Assembly (NCBI GenBank): GCA_963695575.1
Contig: CAVOGS010000014.1
Location: 328,114 to 392,113 of the forward strand
Reading direction: 5' to 3'
Source: an uncultured Chloroflexia bacterium
GTDB taxonomy: Bacteria; Chloroflexota; Anaerolineae; Anaerolineales; UBA11858
DNA: 64,000 bases
Shown: in pieces, positions 38,787 to 49,599 of the stretch
How the letters are laid out: every line of letters begins with the position of its first letter
Position numbering within the stretch: the first letter of the stretch is position 1
The notes under the pieces: model-generated
Seen by the model: only the letters and a program-made list of their open reading frames with translations
What the model was told of the DNA's origin: nothing
Databases searched by the model: none
Position numbers and translations under genes: made by a program

Positions 38787-40358
38787 ATGGCAGAGGATAA
38801 GAAAAACAATAAAGTTCCCATGATGGAAGTAGTCAATATTAAAAAGGCTTTCCCGGGTGTGCAGGCCCTGGATGATGTCAGTGTGAAATTTTTCCCGGGA
38901 GAAGTGCATGCGGTTGTGGGTGAAAATGGAGCAGGGAAGTCAACATTGATGAAGATCATGGCTGGAGCGTATACACCTGATAAAGGCGAAATTTTTTTCC
39001 AAGGAGAAAAAGTCTCTTTCAACCATCCAGTTAAAGCTCAAGAAATGGGCATCAGTATTATCTATCAGGAATTTAACCTGCTGCCTGAGAGAACAGTGGC
39101 CCAAAATATTTATTTGGGCAGGGAACCATCCAAATATGGTGTGATTAACCTCCGCCAGCTAAACCAACAAACAGAAGACGTTTTAAAAGAACTTGGCGTC
39201 GAGAATATGATTTCTCCTACGTCCATGGTGAGTTCACTCTCGGTGGCGGAGCAGCAGCTGGTAGAAATTGCCAAAGCCATCTCTCTGAATGCTAAAGTGC
39301 TGATCATGGATGAACCCACAGCTTCCTTAACAAATACAGAAGTGAACTTGCTTTTCGATTTGATTTCCAAGCTAAAGGCCAAAGGGCTGGCTATCATCTT
39401 TATCTCTCACCGACTCTTTGAAGTTTTTAGTATAGCTGAAAAAATCACTGTATTAAAAGATGGCGCTCTCATTAATACAAAACCAATTGATCAGGTAAAT
39501 ACAGAAGACATTGTCTATATGATGGTTGGCAGGACTCTCGATCACTACTTCCCACCTCTGGGATTAGAGGAAGAGTTCGGAGATGTCGTTCTGAAAGTTG
39601 AAAATGGATCGAACGACATTTTGAAGGAAGTCAATTTGGAATTAAGAAAAGGAGAAGTGCTTGGTATTGCCGGCCTGCAGGGATCAGGCCGCACCGAATT
39701 GGCCCAAGCATTATTTGGTGTTGTCCCATTTAAAACAGGAAAAATTGAATTATTCGGGAAAGCAGTCGAGATTAACACCCCCAACCAAGCGATCAAGCGC
39801 AGAATGGGGTTTGTAACCGAGGACCGAAAATCTGAAGGCTTAGCCTTGATGCAGCCGATCCGGGATAATATGCTTTTAGCAATCAGATCTCTTCAGAACT
39901 TGTTGAGTTTTGTTCACCCAGACGGTGTAAGGACATCACGCAGCATGGTCCCTGAGCTGGGACAGCAAGTGGATGTCCGGGTGGATTCTTATGGCAAACA
40001 AGCCCAGGACCTCAGCGGTGGAAACCAGCAAAAAGTAGTGCTTTCCAAATGGCTGGCATCAGGCGCCGAGGTATTCCTTTTTGATGAACCAACTCGTGGT
40101 ATTGATGTTGAAGCCAAAGCCAGAATTCACGATATTATCCGTGGTCTCACTAAGTCAGGAGTGGCAGTACTAATGGTTTCTTCAGAGCTGCCAGAGATCA
40201 TTGGTATGAGCGACCGCATTCTGGTGATGCATGAAGGCACGATTGGTGGTGAACTCCCTCCCGAATCTAGTGAGGCGGACATTATGCTGGTAGCAACGGG
40301 TCAGCAGAGCGGAAATGGAAAAACCAAACCTGCTGCAAACGATGGAGGCACAAAATGA
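38787..40358 (+). CDS. Sugar ABC transporter ATP-binding protein, duplicated ABC domains (RbsA/MglA type)
   Basis: GENGAGKST, LSVAEQQLVEIAKA, LIMDEPTASL; second half LSGGNQQKVVLSKWL, FLFDEPTRGIDV. Confidence 0.9.
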   Translation: MAEDKKNNKVPMMEVVNIKKAFPGVQALDDVSVKFFPGEVHAVVGENGAGKSTLMKIMAGAYTPDKGEIFFQGEKVSFNHPVKAQEMGISIIYQEFNLLPERTVAQNIYLGREPSKYGVINLRQLNQQTEDVLKELGVENMISPTSMVSSLSVAEQQLVEIAKAISLNAKVLIMDEPTASLTNTEVNLLFDLISKLKAKGLAIIFISHRLFEVFSIAEKITVLKDGALINTKPIDQVNTEDIVYMMVGRTLDHYFPPLGLEEEFGDVVLKVENGSNDILKEVNLELRKGEVLGIAGLQGSGRTELAQALFGVVPFKTGKIELFGKAVEINTPNQAIKRRMGFVTEDRKSEGLALMQPIRDNMLLAIRSLQNLLSFVHPDGVRTSRSMVPELGQQVDVRVDSYGKQAQDLSGGNQQKVVLSKWLASGAEVFLFDEPTRGIDVEAKARIHDIIRGLTKSGVAVLMVSSELPEIIGMSDRILVMHEGTIGGELPPESSEADIMLVATGQQSGNGKTKPAANDGGTK

Positions 40359-41360
40359 GCGTAGAGGTAATTGCGGAAAGTAACGATAAGCGGGTACGAA
40401 GCAATTTATGGAAAAAGATTCCCCAGGTATATTATTTCCTGGTGATCGTTCTGGCTGGCGGATTACTCCTTGACCAGGTATTTGCGAATGGAAATATTCT
40501 TTCTAATCCAACCATCCTGCGAAATATTTTGGTCCGCTCAGTCGCTTTGGGAATCGTAGCTGTGGGACAGACGTTTGTAATGATCGGCGCTTCTATCGAT
40601 CTGTCAGTGGCATATACGATCAGTCTGACATCAGTGATGACTTCCTTGATGATGCAAGGGGATCCCGCCCGTGTACCGATGGCTATCGGAATGGTGCTTG
40701 CTGATGGGTGTCGTGGTGGGATTGATCAATGGCTTGATCATCACCAAATTGAATGTGAATGCTTTTATTGCCACGCTGGGTACCGGTTTGATCATTAAGG
40801 GAATTCTAAATGGAACTTTTTCTTCAGGCTCAATGGGGTCTGTCCCAAAAGGTTTTCAAACCCTCGGTTATGACAGTATAGGTCCAGTCCCATTTTCGAT
40901 CATCTTGCTGGCAGTGGTCGTGTTGATTGGTTGGTTTATATTATCCTGGACAAAATTCGGCTCGCATCTTTACGGCGTAGGCGGGGACTTACTTGTCGGC
41001 AGGCTGTCAGGTTTGAGGACATCGCGTGTGCTCATTATCGCCCACATCATTTCCAGCCTTACTGCCGTACTTGCCGGTCTGTTTATTGTCAGCAGGCTTG
41101 GCGCAGGAGCACCCTGGGTGGGTCCGGATGGCGTTTATGATTTGGAATCAGTTGCAACTACCGTAATTGGTGGAACGGCCCTCTCAGGAGGAAGGGGAGG
41201 TGTATTTGGCACCATCGCAGGTGTATTGATCTTTGGCGTGATCGATACTGTCTTCAATCAGTTAGGTGTGGATACGTACTTGAAGATGGTAATAAGAGGT
41301 GCAATTATTATTCTTGCAGTAGCCAGTTACTCCGTTCGCTCAAAACGCGAGGCGGCATAA
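40355..41360 (+). pseudogene. Sugar ABC permease (RbsC/AraH family), one frameshift
   Basis: ORFs 40355..40798 and 40671..41360 join near 40695 (...PMAIGMVL/LMGVVVGLINGLIITKLNVNAFIATLGTG...). Confidence 0.8.
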
Positions 41361-41372
41361 AGAGAGAAAATT

Positions 41373-42381
41373 ATGACTACATCTGTAAACAATCCTGCAG
41401 CCGAAAATGGTACTAAAATTTTTAAAAAAATCTGGGAGTGGATCAGGAAAATCCCACCAGTTTACCCAATCTTTATTGTGGTTGCTTTTGGTGTAAGCCG
41501 ATTGAATCCAAACTTCGCTACAGTGAATGGGATCATGGCCTTCATCAGGCGGGCGGCACCTTTGATCATCCTGGCAATGGGTCAATTATTTGTCCTGGCA
41601 TCAGGTGGTTTCGATCTGTCACAAGGGTCATTGGTCACTTTGACCATCATTGGTAGCTCATTAATTATCTACAACAATGAAGAGTTTACCTATATAGCAA
41701 TTGCGATCATGATCGGGTTTGGAATCGTGATTGGCCTGGTCAATGGATTTGTGGTTGCCTATCTGAAAGTACCCTCGTTAATTGCAACCCTTGGTATGCT
41801 GCTGCTGGTGAAAGGTGGTGGTTTATACTGGACAGGCGGGGCACCCAAGGGATATTTATCCGAAGCCTATCGTTTTATTGGGAGAGGGTATATTGAAAAT
41901 GTTCCGTTAATCGGTCGTTTCCCGATGTCGGGGATAGTCTTGATTGTGGTTGCAGCAATCTTGATCATCTTATTCCATAAAACCAATCTCGGAAAGCAAA
42001 TCCTCGCCATAGGTGACAACGCTCAAGCTGCCAAGCTATCAGGGGTAAAGGTGAAGCAAGTCAGGATGATTGCCTTTATGATTTCTGCAGTCTGCGCAAT
42101 TATTGGAGGCATCCTGCTTGGCGGTTATGGCGGTTCTTCTTATACCGCTGGAGAAGGTATGGAGATGTCAGTCAGTATCTGCGGCTGTGATCGGTGGTGT
42201 GTTATTGCTGGGCGGAAAAGGATCAGTGTATGATGTGGCTTTTGGTGCACTGACTCTGGAAGCCATGGTCAGTTTGTTGAATTTGCTGGGATTGCCAAAA
42301 CCATATCGCGATGCAGTTCAGGGTTTGATAATTATCGCAGCTGTTGCATATGCGGGGTTCCGTACTCGGAAACGTGATTAA
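41373..42381 (+). pseudogene. Sugar ABC permease (RbsC/AraH family), one frameshift
   Basis: ORFs 41373..42233 and 42103..42381 join near 42170 (...GEGMEM/QSVSAAVIGGVLLLGGKGSV...). Confidence 0.8.
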
Positions 42382-42492
42382 TCTGGTAACAATGCTAAAA
42401 CTGCACTGATAAAGGAGGTGATATCGCCCGAGATAAAACCGATTGGAAGTTAAAGCACTAACGTGAAAATCCTATCAAGGAGAAGAAAAAAA

Positions 42493-43810
42493 ATGTTTAA
42501 GAATAAACTGTTTATTGTGCTCAGCCTGATCCTGGTGGCAGCCTTTGCGCTGTCCGCCTGTGGCGGAGCCGCCCCGGCCGAAGAAGTTATGGAAGAAGAA
42601 GTGGCCGAAGAAGTTATGGAAGAAGAAGTGGCCGAAGAAGAAGTGGCTGAAGAAGAAGTCGTTGTAGCTGAGAGCCCAGGTTTACAGATGGAAGCAGCAG
42701 CTGTTGTTCAGGAATTCTGGTCCGATGCAGAATACGAAGAATCAATCACCTGGACCGATGCTGATGTTCTCAACCCGGAAGCTCCTTTGTACCTGCAGTC
42801 CCTGCTTGGACAACAAAGTTGACACGACTCAGTACAAGATGGATCCTCCCTATGATGTCTGCTTCTCCAACGCTGGTGTCAATAACACCTGGCGTGTGAC
42901 CGGCTACGTGACCATGCGTGAGCAGGTTGAGCAGCTGCGGACTGAAGGTCTGGTCAAGAACTTCATCCACGTCGATGCTGAGGGTTCCGATGAGAAACAG
43001 ATCGCTGACATTGAAGACCTGCTCGCAGGTGGTCAATGCGATGTGTTGATCGTTTCCCCCAACTCCACCAATGCTTTGACTCCCATTGTGGAGCAGGCTT
43101 GTGAAGTGCTGCCGGTGGTTGTATTTGACCGCGGCGTGCTGACTGATTGCCCGGTTACCTTCCTGAAGACCGTTGGTGGCTACAAGTTCGGTTACGATGG
43201 TGCTCAATTCATCGTCGAGAACCTGCCCGATGGCGGCGACGTTTTGGCTCTCCGCATCCTCCCCGGTGTGGATGTTCTTGAACAGCGTTGGGGCGCAGCC
43301 CTGGAAGTTTTCGCTGTCAATCCGCAGCTGAACGTGATCGGTGTGGAATTTGGTGCCTACAGTAATCCTGACACCAAAGGCATTGTTGCTGACTACATCG
43401 ATCGTTTTGGTAATATCGATGCTGTCTGGATGGATGCTGGTGGTACCGCAGTCGGTGTTCTGGAAGCCTTCGAAGATGCCGGATTGCCCTTCCCGATCAT
43501 GGTTGGCGAAGATCAGATGGACTACCTGAAGTTCTGGAAAGAGAACGATCTGACCGCGATTGCTCCCACCTTCCCGACCTATCAGTGGCGAACTGCCGTT
43601 CTGGCAGCCGTCATGATCCTGCAGGGTGAACCTGTGGATGCCCGCTGGGTAGTCCCGCAGCCGAATGTCACCCAGGACAATCTGGATCAGTTCTACCTGC
43701 CCGACATGCCGCCTCTGTACTACGCTTTTAGCGGCGCCGAGGACATGACCAACTGGCCGGATGCCTGGATGGAACTTGACACAACCAAATACGTGGATGT
43801 GATCGACTAG
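42493..43810 (+). pseudogene. Sugar ABC substrate-binding lipoprotein (RbsB/Peripla_BP type) with acidic repeat tether, one frameshift
   Basis: ATG 42493 (AAGGAG RBS) encodes MFKNKLFIVLSLILVAAFALSAC. An acidic linker follows. The binding domain (YDVCFSNAGVNNTWRV...) is in the +1 frame (ORF 42704..43810). The shift is near 42805. Confidence 0.75.
42577..42660 (+). repeat. In-frame tandem repeat encoding an acidic linker
   Basis: The 27-nt unit gccgaagaagttatggaagaagaagtg (AEEVMEEEV) occurs exactly twice (42577-42603, 42604-42630). Two 15-nt AEEEV units follow. Confidence 0.9.
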
Positions 43811-43824
43811 TTCATGGATACCTG

Positions 43825-43851
43825 GAGCCCGTCCGTTTTATGGGCGGGCTC
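43825..43851 (+). terminator. Hairpin immediately after the binding-protein gene (possible terminator/stabiliser)
   Basis: GAGCCCGTCC-gttttat-GGGCGGGCTC, a 10-bp stem with one G-U pair. No clear T tract follows. Confidence 0.45.
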
Positions 43852-43928
43852 AACTGCAGTTTGGAATATTGTTTTATTGATTGCGGGCAACTTTCATCGA
43901 TCATTTCATTAAAAGCCCTTAATCAACT

Positions 43929-43960
43929 GGGTAGGTTCGTTCAGCCGAACGAACCTACCC
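43929..43960. repeat. Perfect 14-bp inverted repeat with 4-nt loop in an intergenic region
   Basis: GGGTAGGTTCGTTC-agcc-GAACGAACCTACCC, read directly from the sequence. Confidence 0.9.
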
Positions 43961-44015
43961 ATAGAAAAGAAAGATAATGGAATGCAGCTGATAGCGCATT
44001 CAAGGAGACCGAATA

Positions 44016-44891
44016 ATGATTGAAATTGGATTTCATACTGATGCGTTTAACAGCTCGTACTGGAGTTTTGAAAAATGTTTGCAGTGGGCCCAGGAAAACG
44101 ATGTCCACTATATTGAATGCGGAACAATCGATGGTGTTAGCTGGTTACATGGTCTTGGCTACCAGCCCCATGTTTCTCTTACTGAAGACCCAATGGCTCT
44201 CCGGAAAAAAATGGAAAAATACGGTGTCAAATTCTCTCAATTAGACGCCGCTTTCCCTGTTTCCCTGCCAGAAGGCGCTTCGCTTGGCCTTATATATATT
44301 CTGAATTCCATCCGCTGGGCAAAGCTGGTGGGATGTTCCCATATTGATACTACAGACCATATGTTCAAACCGGAAGGCCTGACAGATGATCAGGCCCTGG
44401 AAATGATGAAAAGGATCTATACAGAAGTCGTTGAGATCGCAGAGCTATATGAGATCATCATCAATATTGAGCCGCATGGTTATTACACAACCAAACCTGA
44501 ATTTATGGAAAAAATGCTTAACTTCGTAGATTCTCCCTATCTTAGAATGAATTTCGATACCGGTAATACTTTCATCGCTGGCCAGGACCCGGTGGCTTTC
44601 TTGACAAAATTCAAAGATAAGGTCAGTCACGTCCATGTTAAAGATGTTTCGGAATCACTGGCAGCTTCCCTGCGTGGGGAGCTCACCGGGATCGCTGTCA
44701 GCAATACAGCAATTGGTGATGGCGTGAACGTTGACAACATCAAAAAATGTTTTGATATCTTTGTTGATATGAAATATGACGGTGTTGTAAGCATCGAATG
44801 TGAGGGGGCAGGGGGTCCTATGATCGAACAAAGTCTGGCCTTTGTTCGTGACCTGGTGGACGACGCTAATAAACGAATGGCTGCAGGGTAA
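44016..44891 (+). CDS. Sugar phosphate isomerase/epimerase (xylose-isomerase-like TIM barrel)
   Basis: 291 aa; ...INIEPHG..., NFDTGNTFIAG, HVHVKD and VSIECEG blocks of the XI-like TIM family. Confidence 0.7.
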   Translation: MIEIGFHTDAFNSSYWSFEKCLQWAQENDVHYIECGTIDGVSWLHGLGYQPHVSLTEDPMALRKKMEKYGVKFSQLDAAFPVSLPEGASLGLIYILNSIRWAKLVGCSHIDTTDHMFKPEGLTDDQALEMMKRIYTEVVEIAELYEIIINIEPHGYYTTKPEFMEKMLNFVDSPYLRMNFDTGNTFIAGQDPVAFLTKFKDKVSHVHVKDVSESLAASLRGELTGIAVSNTAIGDGVNVDNIKKCFDIFVDMKYDGVVSIECEGAGGPMIEQSLAFVRDLVDDANKRMAAG

Positions 44892-44909
44892 TCAGGTAAG
44901 TTATACAAA

Positions 44910-44940
44910 CAGGTATGGCAGGAGTTCCCTGCCATACCTG
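44910..44940 (+). terminator. Strong hairpin after 44016..44891 (probable terminator)
   Basis: CAGGTATGGCAGG-agttc-CCTGCCATACCTG, a 13-bp perfect stem followed by TCACAAAAAAAATTTT. Confidence 0.55.
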
Positions 44941-45015
44941 TCACAAAAAAATTTTACCCCGGAACGTGTAATTACAGGATTATAAGGCAATAGATATACA
45001 GGGAGATTCTCCAAG

Positions 45016-46548
45016 ATGGCAAAAAAGTACTTAATTGGCGTTGACCTTGGTACCAGCGCTACAAAAGCTGCCTTGTATTCTATTGATGGCAAATTAATAG
45101 CTGATTCCACTGTGAATGTTCCGATCCATTATCCAGAACCTGCTGTTGTTGAGCAGGAAAACGAAGATTTTTATACTTCTGCGGCCCAAACGGTAAAAAG
45201 CTGTCTTCTGGAAAGCGGAGTGGATCCCAAAGATGTAGCTGCGATTTCTTTTGACAGCCAGATGGCTGGGGTTGGGGCGATTGACGAGGATCATAAGTCG
45301 GTTTCCAAATTCGATTCCTGGTTGGATATGCGCTGTGAACCTCAGATCAAGTTCCTGGAAGAGAACTATGGAGAGCTGATCACTAAACTTACTGGCTGCC
45401 CTCCAACCTGCGATCACGGTCCAAAAATCCTGTGGTGGAAAAAGGAACGTCCAGCAGAATATAAACGTACAGCGAAATTTGTTATGCCTGGGGGATATGT
45501 CGCGGGCAGGATGGCCGGTTTAAAGGCCGATCAGGCTTTTATCGATTATACATATATCCATTTTTCCGGGCTCAGCAATGCACTTGAAGGAAGTTGGTCC
45601 AAAGAGATCTGCAGTGCTGTTGGCGTGGACCTGGAAAAACTTCCCAAGATCGTTGATCCCTGGCATGTGGTGGGCGAAGTTACAGTTAATTCAGCCAAAG
45701 ATTTTGGGCTGGCGGAGGGGACAATAATCGCGGCTGGCTGTGGGGATACAGCAGCCGGTGCATTAGGTGCTGGCATTGTTAAACCCGGTATGGTTTTTGA
45801 TACCGCGGGAACTGCATCGGTCCTGGCGGGCTGCACGGACCAGTATGCGCCTGATATAAATAACCGGGCTTTATTGACCATGCGTTCTGTTATCCCGGGA
45901 TTATGGCATCCTCTGGCGTACATTGCTGGAGGGGGTCAGGCATTAACCTGGTTCAGGGATAAGTTTTTTAATGCCATAAAGGGAGAAGTCCAGGATCAGG
46001 TTGATTTATATTTGGAGCTGGATAGCCTGGCAAATAAAGCCCCCTTGGGTTCAGCTGATTTATATTTTTCACCTCATTTATCAGGGCGAATCTGCCCGGC
46101 AACACCGGAAATGCGCGGTGCCTGGATTGGGTTTTCATTTTCTCACGCGCAGGAACATTTTTACCGTGCGATCCTGGAGTCAGTGGCCTATGAATATGCT
46201 TATTATCTGAATATATTAAAGGAATTAATTCCGGAATTGAACTTAACTGAAGCCAGGGTGATCGGAGGTGGAGCTCAGAGCTCTTTCTGGAATCAGATCA
46301 AAGCGGATGTTCTTGGTGTGCCATATCTACGTTTGGCAAGAACAGAGTTTGGGACCTGGGGATCTGCTATGGTAGCTGGAAAAGCTGCAGGGATATATGA
46401 CGATCTGGCTCAGGTGGCATATGATCATGCCGCAGCGGCTGGGACACCCACAGAACCCGATCTGAAAAATCATCATCAGTACCAGGTGCATGTAAAGAGA
46501 TATATCGAGCTTCAGGAAACGCTTGTCAGAACATTTCGAAGTTATTAA
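45016..46548 (+). CDS. FGGY-family carbohydrate kinase (xylulokinase-like)
   Basis: YLIGVDLGTSATKAALY at the N-terminus; ...GCGDTAAGALGAG...; C-terminal GGGAQSSFWNQIKADVLG. Confidence 0.85.
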   Translation: MAKKYLIGVDLGTSATKAALYSIDGKLIADSTVNVPIHYPEPAVVEQENEDFYTSAAQTVKSCLLESGVDPKDVAAISFDSQMAGVGAIDEDHKSVSKFDSWLDMRCEPQIKFLEENYGELITKLTGCPPTCDHGPKILWWKKERPAEYKRTAKFVMPGGYVAGRMAGLKADQAFIDYTYIHFSGLSNALEGSWSKEICSAVGVDLEKLPKIVDPWHVVGEVTVNSAKDFGLAEGTIIAAGCGDTAAGALGAGIVKPGMVFDTAGTASVLAGCTDQYAPDINNRALLTMRSVIPGLWHPLAYIAGGGQALTWFRDKFFNAIKGEVQDQVDLYLELDSLANKAPLGSADLYFSPHLSGRICPATPEMRGAWIGFSFSHAQEHFYRAILESVAYEYAYYLNILKELIPELNLTEARVIGGGAQSSFWNQIKADVLGVPYLRLARTEFGTWGSAMVAGKAAGIYDDLAQVAYDHAAAAGTPTEPDLKNHHQYQVHVKRYIELQETLVRTFRSY

Positions 46549-46560
46549 GGAGTTTAATTG

Positions 46561-47592
46561 ATGTCTACCAGGATTAAAATCTGTATGATCGGTGCCGGAC
46601 GGGTAGGAAAACTTCATTCAGGCACATTACGAAGATATATTCCTGACGGAGAAGTAGTCTGTCTGGTTGATACGCAACAAGCTATGTTGGATGAGACGGG
46701 CCAGGAGTTTGGTATTGAGCAGCGGTTTACCTCGCTTGAAGAAGCGCTGGATAAATCAGACTTTGATGCTGTAGTGATCACCACACCGACTTTTACACAT
46801 AAAACATTAGCAGTGCTGGCTGCAGAAAACGGAAAACATGTCTTCCTTGAAAAACCAATGGCAATGGATCTCGATGAATGTGATCAGATCATTGAGGCTT
46901 GCAAGAAGAATGGGGCTCATTTGCAGTTGGGGTTTATGCGCCATTTTGATCCTGATTTCAGCCTGGCTTATGACAGAATCCAGGCTGGCGAAATTGGGGA
47001 ACCTATGCTGGTGAAATCCCTGACTCACGGCCCTGGTCTTCCTCCCCCCTGGGCAAGGGATTTAAAGACCTCTAACGGAAACCTTGCCGAAGTTAACAGT
47101 CACGATCTGGATGCCACTCGCTGGCTGATGGGGTCGAATCCTGAGAGGATATATCTAGAAGTGGCGAATTTTAAAGGGGAAGAGCGCGGGGTTGATACTG
47201 AACATTATTATGACAATATGATCGCCAGCTTAAAATTTGAATCGGGAGGCCTTGGCAGCATCTCCGGTGTTTGTCCTTGTGATTATGGTTACGATGCCCG
47301 AATGGAGATCATCGGTAAAAAAGGCATCATGATCATCGGAGAATTGAAGAATAACGCTTTAACCATAGGCGTAGACAGAGATACAGGATTGGTTACTCCG
47401 ATATTCAAACGCTGGCCAGATCGATTCCAGATGGCATATATCCAGGAAATTGAACATTTCATAATATCCATTCAGCAGGACTCAACTCCCAAAGTCAGCG
47501 GTGATGATGGGCGCTGGGCGGTAGCTGGCGTGCTGGCTGGAACTAAATCACTCCTCGAAGAAAGACCAGTATTGCTGAACGAGGTTATGTAG
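46561..47592 (+). CDS. Gfo/Idh/MocA-family dehydrogenase (inositol 2-dehydrogenase-like)
   Basis: IKICMIGAGRVGKLHS...HVFLEKPMA...; 344 aa. Confidence 0.75.
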   Translation: MSTRIKICMIGAGRVGKLHSGTLRRYIPDGEVVCLVDTQQAMLDETGQEFGIEQRFTSLEEALDKSDFDAVVITTPTFTHKTLAVLAAENGKHVFLEKPMAMDLDECDQIIEACKKNGAHLQLGFMRHFDPDFSLAYDRIQAGEIGEPMLVKSLTHGPGLPPPWARDLKTSNGNLAEVNSHDLDATRWLMGSNPERIYLEVANFKGEERGVDTEHYYDNMIASLKFESGGLGSISGVCPCDYGYDARMEIIGKKGIMIIGELKNNALTIGVDRDTGLVTPIFKRWPDRFQMAYIQEIEHFIISIQQDSTPKVSGDDGRWAVAGVLAGTKSLLEERPVLLNEVM

Positions 47593-47600
47593 GAGATTTG

Positions 47601-48656
47601 ATGAGTAAAACCATGAAAGCCGCAGTCTATCACGGAGCAAATGATATCCGTTTCGAGGATGTCCCTTATCCGGAAATGGGGCCGGGAGATCTGATCATAA
47701 AAGTATTAAACGCAAATATTTGTGGAACTGATATGCGGATTTTGCACGGTGGTCACCGGATGTATCCTGCGGGTACGGTGCGCATTCCGGGTCATGAAGT
47801 TGTGGGTGAGATAACAGCCGTTGGTGATGAAATCACTAAATATCGAGTTGGTGAAAGGGTATTTATCGCTCCCAATATGGGAGAAGGAGATAGCCGGGAA
47901 ACTATATCCGGAAATAACAACCTGGATCCTAACTTTCAAGCCGTAGGGATTAACATCAATGGCGCTTTTGCAGAATACATGCTGGTTCCTGAGGAGGCCG
48001 TCAGGCAAGGGAATGTTATGCCTGTCTCCCCGGAAGAGGACCCGGCTGTCGCGGCCTTGATCGAACCACTGGCTTGTGTGCTTAGAGGTCAGAACGCCGT
48101 GAATGTCAGAAGCGGGGACGTGGTTGTTGTGATGGGGGCAGGGCCGATTGGCATGCTGCATGTATTACTGGCCAAAACGCGAGGCGCTGCTAGAGTGATA
48201 GTGAGTGAACCCGATGACCATCGCCGGCAAAGGGCCTTAGAGCTGGGTGCCGATCAGGTCATTGATCCAATTAATGAAGATCTTGAAAAAATTGTAAAAC
48301 AGGCTTCAGACGGTAGGGGTGCTAATGTGGTCATTGTAGCGGCGCCATCAAAACCTGCTCAGGAATCAGCTTTGCAGATTGCCGCAGTGGGTGGCAGGAT
48401 CAATTTATTTGGCGGTTTGCCAAAAGATGATCCCATTATCCGTTTTGATTCCAACCTTGTGCATTATAAAGAATTGATCGTCACAGGAACCACTGCCTGT
48501 TCGACGCATGACTGTATGCAAGCGGCAGACCTGGTTAATGCGGGTGTAATGGACCTCTCACCCCTGGTTACCAGCCGGTATCCCTTAAGTGAGGTGGAAG
48601 AGGCCTTCGCTGCAGCGGGAGACGGTACGAATATGAGGGTATCGCTGGTTCCTTGA
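47601..48656 (+). CDS. Zinc-binding medium-chain alcohol/polyol dehydrogenase (sorbitol/threonine DH-like)
   Basis: ICGTDMRILHGG, GHEVVGEI and VMGAGPIGML motifs. Confidence 0.8.
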   Translation: MSKTMKAAVYHGANDIRFEDVPYPEMGPGDLIIKVLNANICGTDMRILHGGHRMYPAGTVRIPGHEVVGEITAVGDEITKYRVGERVFIAPNMGEGDSRETISGNNNLDPNFQAVGININGAFAEYMLVPEEAVRQGNVMPVSPEEDPAVAALIEPLACVLRGQNAVNVRSGDVVVVMGAGPIGMLHVLLAKTRGAARVIVSEPDDHRRQRALELGADQVIDPINEDLEKIVKQASDGRGANVVIVAAPSKPAQESALQIAAVGGRINLFGGLPKDDPIIRFDSNLVHYKELIVTGTTACSTHDCMQAADLVNAGVMDLSPLVTSRYPLSEVEEAFAAAGDGTNMRVSLVP

Positions 48657-48657
48657 G

Positions 48658-49587
48658 ATGCAAAAACAAATAACCACTGTTCAGGGCAGGGTCCCTTATA
48701 AAAAACTGGGCATCACAGATGCCCATAATCATCTCTGGATATCCGGGCAGGATGTAAAGGCAGAGAACGCTCCCATATTGGATCAGCAGGAAAAGATCAT
48801 CCAGGAATTGGTTTCGTATAGGCAATTGGGAGGCAATGCACAGCTTGATTGTCAGCCTGGTGGCGCTGGAAGGGATGGGGTAAAACTGCTCCAGATCTCA
48901 AAAGGCTCAGGGGTTCAGATTATTGCCTGTACCGGATTTCATCTGAGGGAATATTACCCAGAACAGTCTACTATTTGGCAGTTGGACACAGAACAGGCTG
49001 CAGAATATATCCTGTCAGAGATTAAAGAAGGGCTGGAAGAAACAAGACAGGCAATACCAGTATTTCCCGGCTTTATAAAAATTGCAGTTCGGGAAACACT
49101 GGAAAAATCCCCCCAGCATTTGATGGCTGCAGCTTTTGTTGCCAGTGCTACAAGTGGTTTGTTAATAGAGATGCATACGGAAAAGGGTGCAGCTATTGAG
49201 GATTTTGTGGATTATTTTGAGAACAAGGGACTGAAACCTGGCAGCCTGGTAATTTGCCATATAGATAAAAGGCCAGATCTCGGTTTACACAAAGAGCTTG
49301 CCAGGGCAGGATATTTGCTTGAGTATGACACATTCTTTCGGCCAAAATACGAGCCGGAAAAATTCCTCTGGCCTTTGATTTTGGATTTGGTGAATTCGGG
49401 GTTTTCGAAATCACTAGCCCTGGCTACTGATCTGGCTGACAGCAGCATGTGGCAGTCCATGGGCAATGGACCCGGCCTAAGCGGATTTATAGATCTGATC
49501 AAAAAAAGGCTGGATGAAGAAATTCAAGATCCAAAGGTCGTTAAGGATTTAGTTGGCGGAAATATCGCCGAACGATTGGCAATCTAA
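48658..49587 (+). CDS. Phosphotriesterase-related (PHP/amidohydrolase) protein, possible lactonase
   Basis: GITDAHNHLWI (HxH), IKIAV, EMHTEKG, VICHID and LATD follow the PTE-family metal-ligand order. Confidence 0.55.
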   Translation: MQKQITTVQGRVPYKKLGITDAHNHLWISGQDVKAENAPILDQQEKIIQELVSYRQLGGNAQLDCQPGGAGRDGVKLLQISKGSGVQIIACTGFHLREYYPEQSTIWQLDTEQAAEYILSEIKEGLEETRQAIPVFPGFIKIAVRETLEKSPQHLMAAAFVASATSGLLIEMHTEKGAAIEDFVDYFENKGLKPGSLVICHIDKRPDLGLHKELARAGYLLEYDTFFRPKYEPEKFLWPLILDLVNSGFSKSLALATDLADSSMWQSMGNGPGLSGFIDLIKKRLDEEIQDPKVVKDLVGGNIAERLAI

Positions 49588-49599
49588 CAAGGAGACTAC

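Noticed and set aside
42577-42660. A CRISPR-like or non-coding tandem repeat
   Set aside because: The repeats are contiguous with no spacers, are in frame, and encode the acidic linker of the binding lipoprotein.
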